Source of the DNA: Anaeramoeba ignava BMAN
Lineage: Eukaryota; Protista; Anaeramoebae
NCBI GenBank assembly: GCA_028826165.1
Contig: JAPDFW010000143.1
Location: 53,278 to 117,277, forward strand
Reading direction: 5' to 3'
DNA length: 64,000 nt
Below, piece after piece: positions 62,340 through 64,000 of the stretch (position 1 is the first letter of the stretch; every line of letters begins with the position of its first letter). The notes beneath the pieces are model-generated. The model did no database searches. It worked only from the letters and a program-made list of their open reading frames with translations, and had not been told where the DNA came from. Both the position numbers and the translations under genes were made by a program.

Positions 62340-64000
62340 TTAATTTTTTAAATCTTTTAAAATTAAATCAATAATTGAATTTTGATTTAATTGAAAATAA
62401 TCTTTTAAATCATAAAATTCTTCTAAAATAATTTCTTTTTCTTTTTCTTTTTCTTTTTCTTTTTCAATATTATTAAATTTATCATGATAAAGGAAATAAA
62501 TAAATTGATTAATTGTTTCAAATGATTTTCTTGAATAATCATGAACTTGATTTGATGAATCTTGAATATTTAATTCAAACATTCCTTTAAATAATTCACT
62601 TCGAATTATTAATATTAATTTATGAATTTTAATTTCTTTTTCTTCAATAATTATTTTAAAATCTTTGGTTTCATTTTCTTTATATAATTTTGATAAATCA
62701 TTTATTATTCCTTTTCTTCCTTTTTTAGTTTCAATCCAATCTGTTTCAATTCCAATTTCTTTAATAAAATTTTGGATAATTTCATTTTCATTTTCATTTT
62801 CATTTTCATTTTCATTTTCAATTTGTTTTGAATTAAATTTATCAATAAATTTATCAAAATTATAAAATCCAGTATAAATAAAATTTAAAATAATTTCAAT
62901 TTCTTTTTTTGGCTTTTGATAACAATTATTAATAAATTTTTGTAAAGTTAATTCATTATTATCAAATCTTGTTAATAATATTAATTTATGAACTTTAAAT
63001 TTAAATAAATCATTTGATTGAATTATTAAATCTGAAAATTGATTATTTGATTTTAATAAATTATTCATATCTTCATTAATTGAATAAATTTGTGAAAATA
63101 ATTGAATAAATTGTTTTGTGATTTGTTTTTGTTTTAAATCATAAATATTCATATCATTCATTAATAAAAATTTGATTATATTTTCATTTTGTTTTTTAAT
63201 TGATATTGAAAGAATTGTTTCATTTTGATTTGTTTTTGAATTAATATCAGCACCTTTGGAAATTAAATATTCAACAATTTGAATTGAATTGAATTGGCAA
63301 GCAAAATGTAAAACAGTTTCATTTTGATTATTTTTTGCATTAATATCAATTCCTTTAGAAATTAAATATTGAATAACTTTTAATGAAGGATTGTTTTGGC
63401 AAGCTAAATGTAAAGCTGTTTCATTTTCATTTGTTTTTGCATTTATATCAATTCCTTTGGAAATCAAATATTGGATAATTTGAAAAAAATTGAATCGGCA
63501 AGCTAAATGTAAAGCAGTTTCATTTTGATTATTTTTTGCATTAATATCAATTCCTTTGGAAACTAAATATTGAACAGTTTGAATTGAATTGAATCTGGTT
63601 GCAAAATGCAAAGCAGTTTGACTTCGTCTTGTTTTTGCATTAATATCAATTTCTTTTTCAATTAAATATTGAATAATTTCAATTGGTGAGTTATTTTGGC
63701 AAGCATAATGTAAAGCTGTTTCGTTCTCATTTGTTTTTGAATAAATATCAATTCCTTTGGAAATTAAATATTCAACAATTTCAAGAGAATTATTTCGACA
63801 AGCAAAATGTAAAACTGTTTCATTTCGATTTGTTTTTGCATTAATATCAATTCCTTTTTCAATTAAATATTCAATAACTTCAAAGGGTGAATTATATTGA
63901 CAAACAATATGTAAGAGTGTTTGTTTTTGATTTGCTTTTTCATTAATATTAACACCTTTTTCAACTAAATATTGAATAATTTCAAATGGTTTGTTTCTGC
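62340..64000 (-). CDS. Ankyrin-BTB-BTB protein, array copy D, 5' part beyond the window
   Basis: Ankyrin-coding sequence continues to the window edge. The C-terminus is near-identical to the other copies. Confidence 0.88.
   Translation of the reverse strand, partial: RNKPFEIIQYLVEKGVNINEKANQKQTLLHIVCQYNSPFEVIEYLIEKGIDINAKTNRNETVLHFACRNNSLEIVEYLISKGIDIYSKTNENETALHYACQNNSPIEIIQYLIEKEIDINAKTRRSQTALHFATRFNSIQTVQYLVSKGIDINAKNNQNETALHLACRFNFFQIIQYLISKGIDINAKTNENETALHLACQNNPSLKVIQYLISKGIDINAKNNQNETVLHFACQFNSIQIVEYLISKGADINSKTNQNETILSISIKKQNENIIKFLLMNDMNIYDLKQKQITKQFIQLFSQIYSINEDMNNLLKSNNQFSDLIIQSNDLFKFKVHKLILLTRFDNNELTLQKFINNCYQKPKKEIEIILNFIYTGFYNFDKFIDKFNSKQIENENENENENENEIIQNFIKEIGIETDWIETKKGRKGIINDLSKLYKENETKDFKIIIEEKEIKIHKLILIIRSELFKGMFELNIQDSSNQVHDYSRKSFETINQFIYFLYHDKFNNIEKEKEKEKEKEIILEEFYDLKDYFQLNQNSIIDLILKDLKN

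Noticed and set aside
1-64000. Inteins, transposases or reverse transcriptases
   Set aside because: No Hint (C...HN) insertion interrupts any conserved protein, and no transposase or RT motifs were seen.

Overview
Extremely AT-rich, gene-dense, intron-rich eukaryotic DNA. By inference it comes from an anaerobic protist: the BTB-protein families, NQ/EN microsatellites and TCATTT upstream motifs resemble Anaeramoeba (Metamonada). About 19 protein genes can be reconstructed by hand across GT-AG introns: DTWD1-like, a GCKIII/STE20 pseudokinase, PGM2, BTB-BACK fused to a GATase-like domain, WNK kinase, an R3H-associated protein, BTB-TLDc, a TPR protein, CWF19L2, G-alpha, an intron-rich ankyrin-BTB-BTB gene, an acidic tail-anchored protein, CSN9, TMEM222, DNAJB12/14, a CH-coiled coil-CBM48-RCC1 protein, and a tandem array of at least 4 intronless ankyrin-BTB-BTB genes. 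There are also two identical tRNA-Leu(TAA) genes. The strongest signal is in the ankyrin-BTB gene at 33559-37031. Each ankyrin repeat is its own phase-0 exon, and four double-length introns each hide an AG-NNN-GTAAA 3-nt microexon. Each microexon supplies the single missing residue at the ankyrin beta-hairpin tip, a target-binding position. The intronless relatives at 50.5-64 kb have near-constant ends and mosaic, variable ankyrin cores. Together these suggest a diversifying repertoire of ankyrin-BTB (putative Cullin-3 adaptor) receptors. Long introns are filled with satellites that are G-poor on the sense strand. Most short ORFs in the track are microsatellite artefacts.
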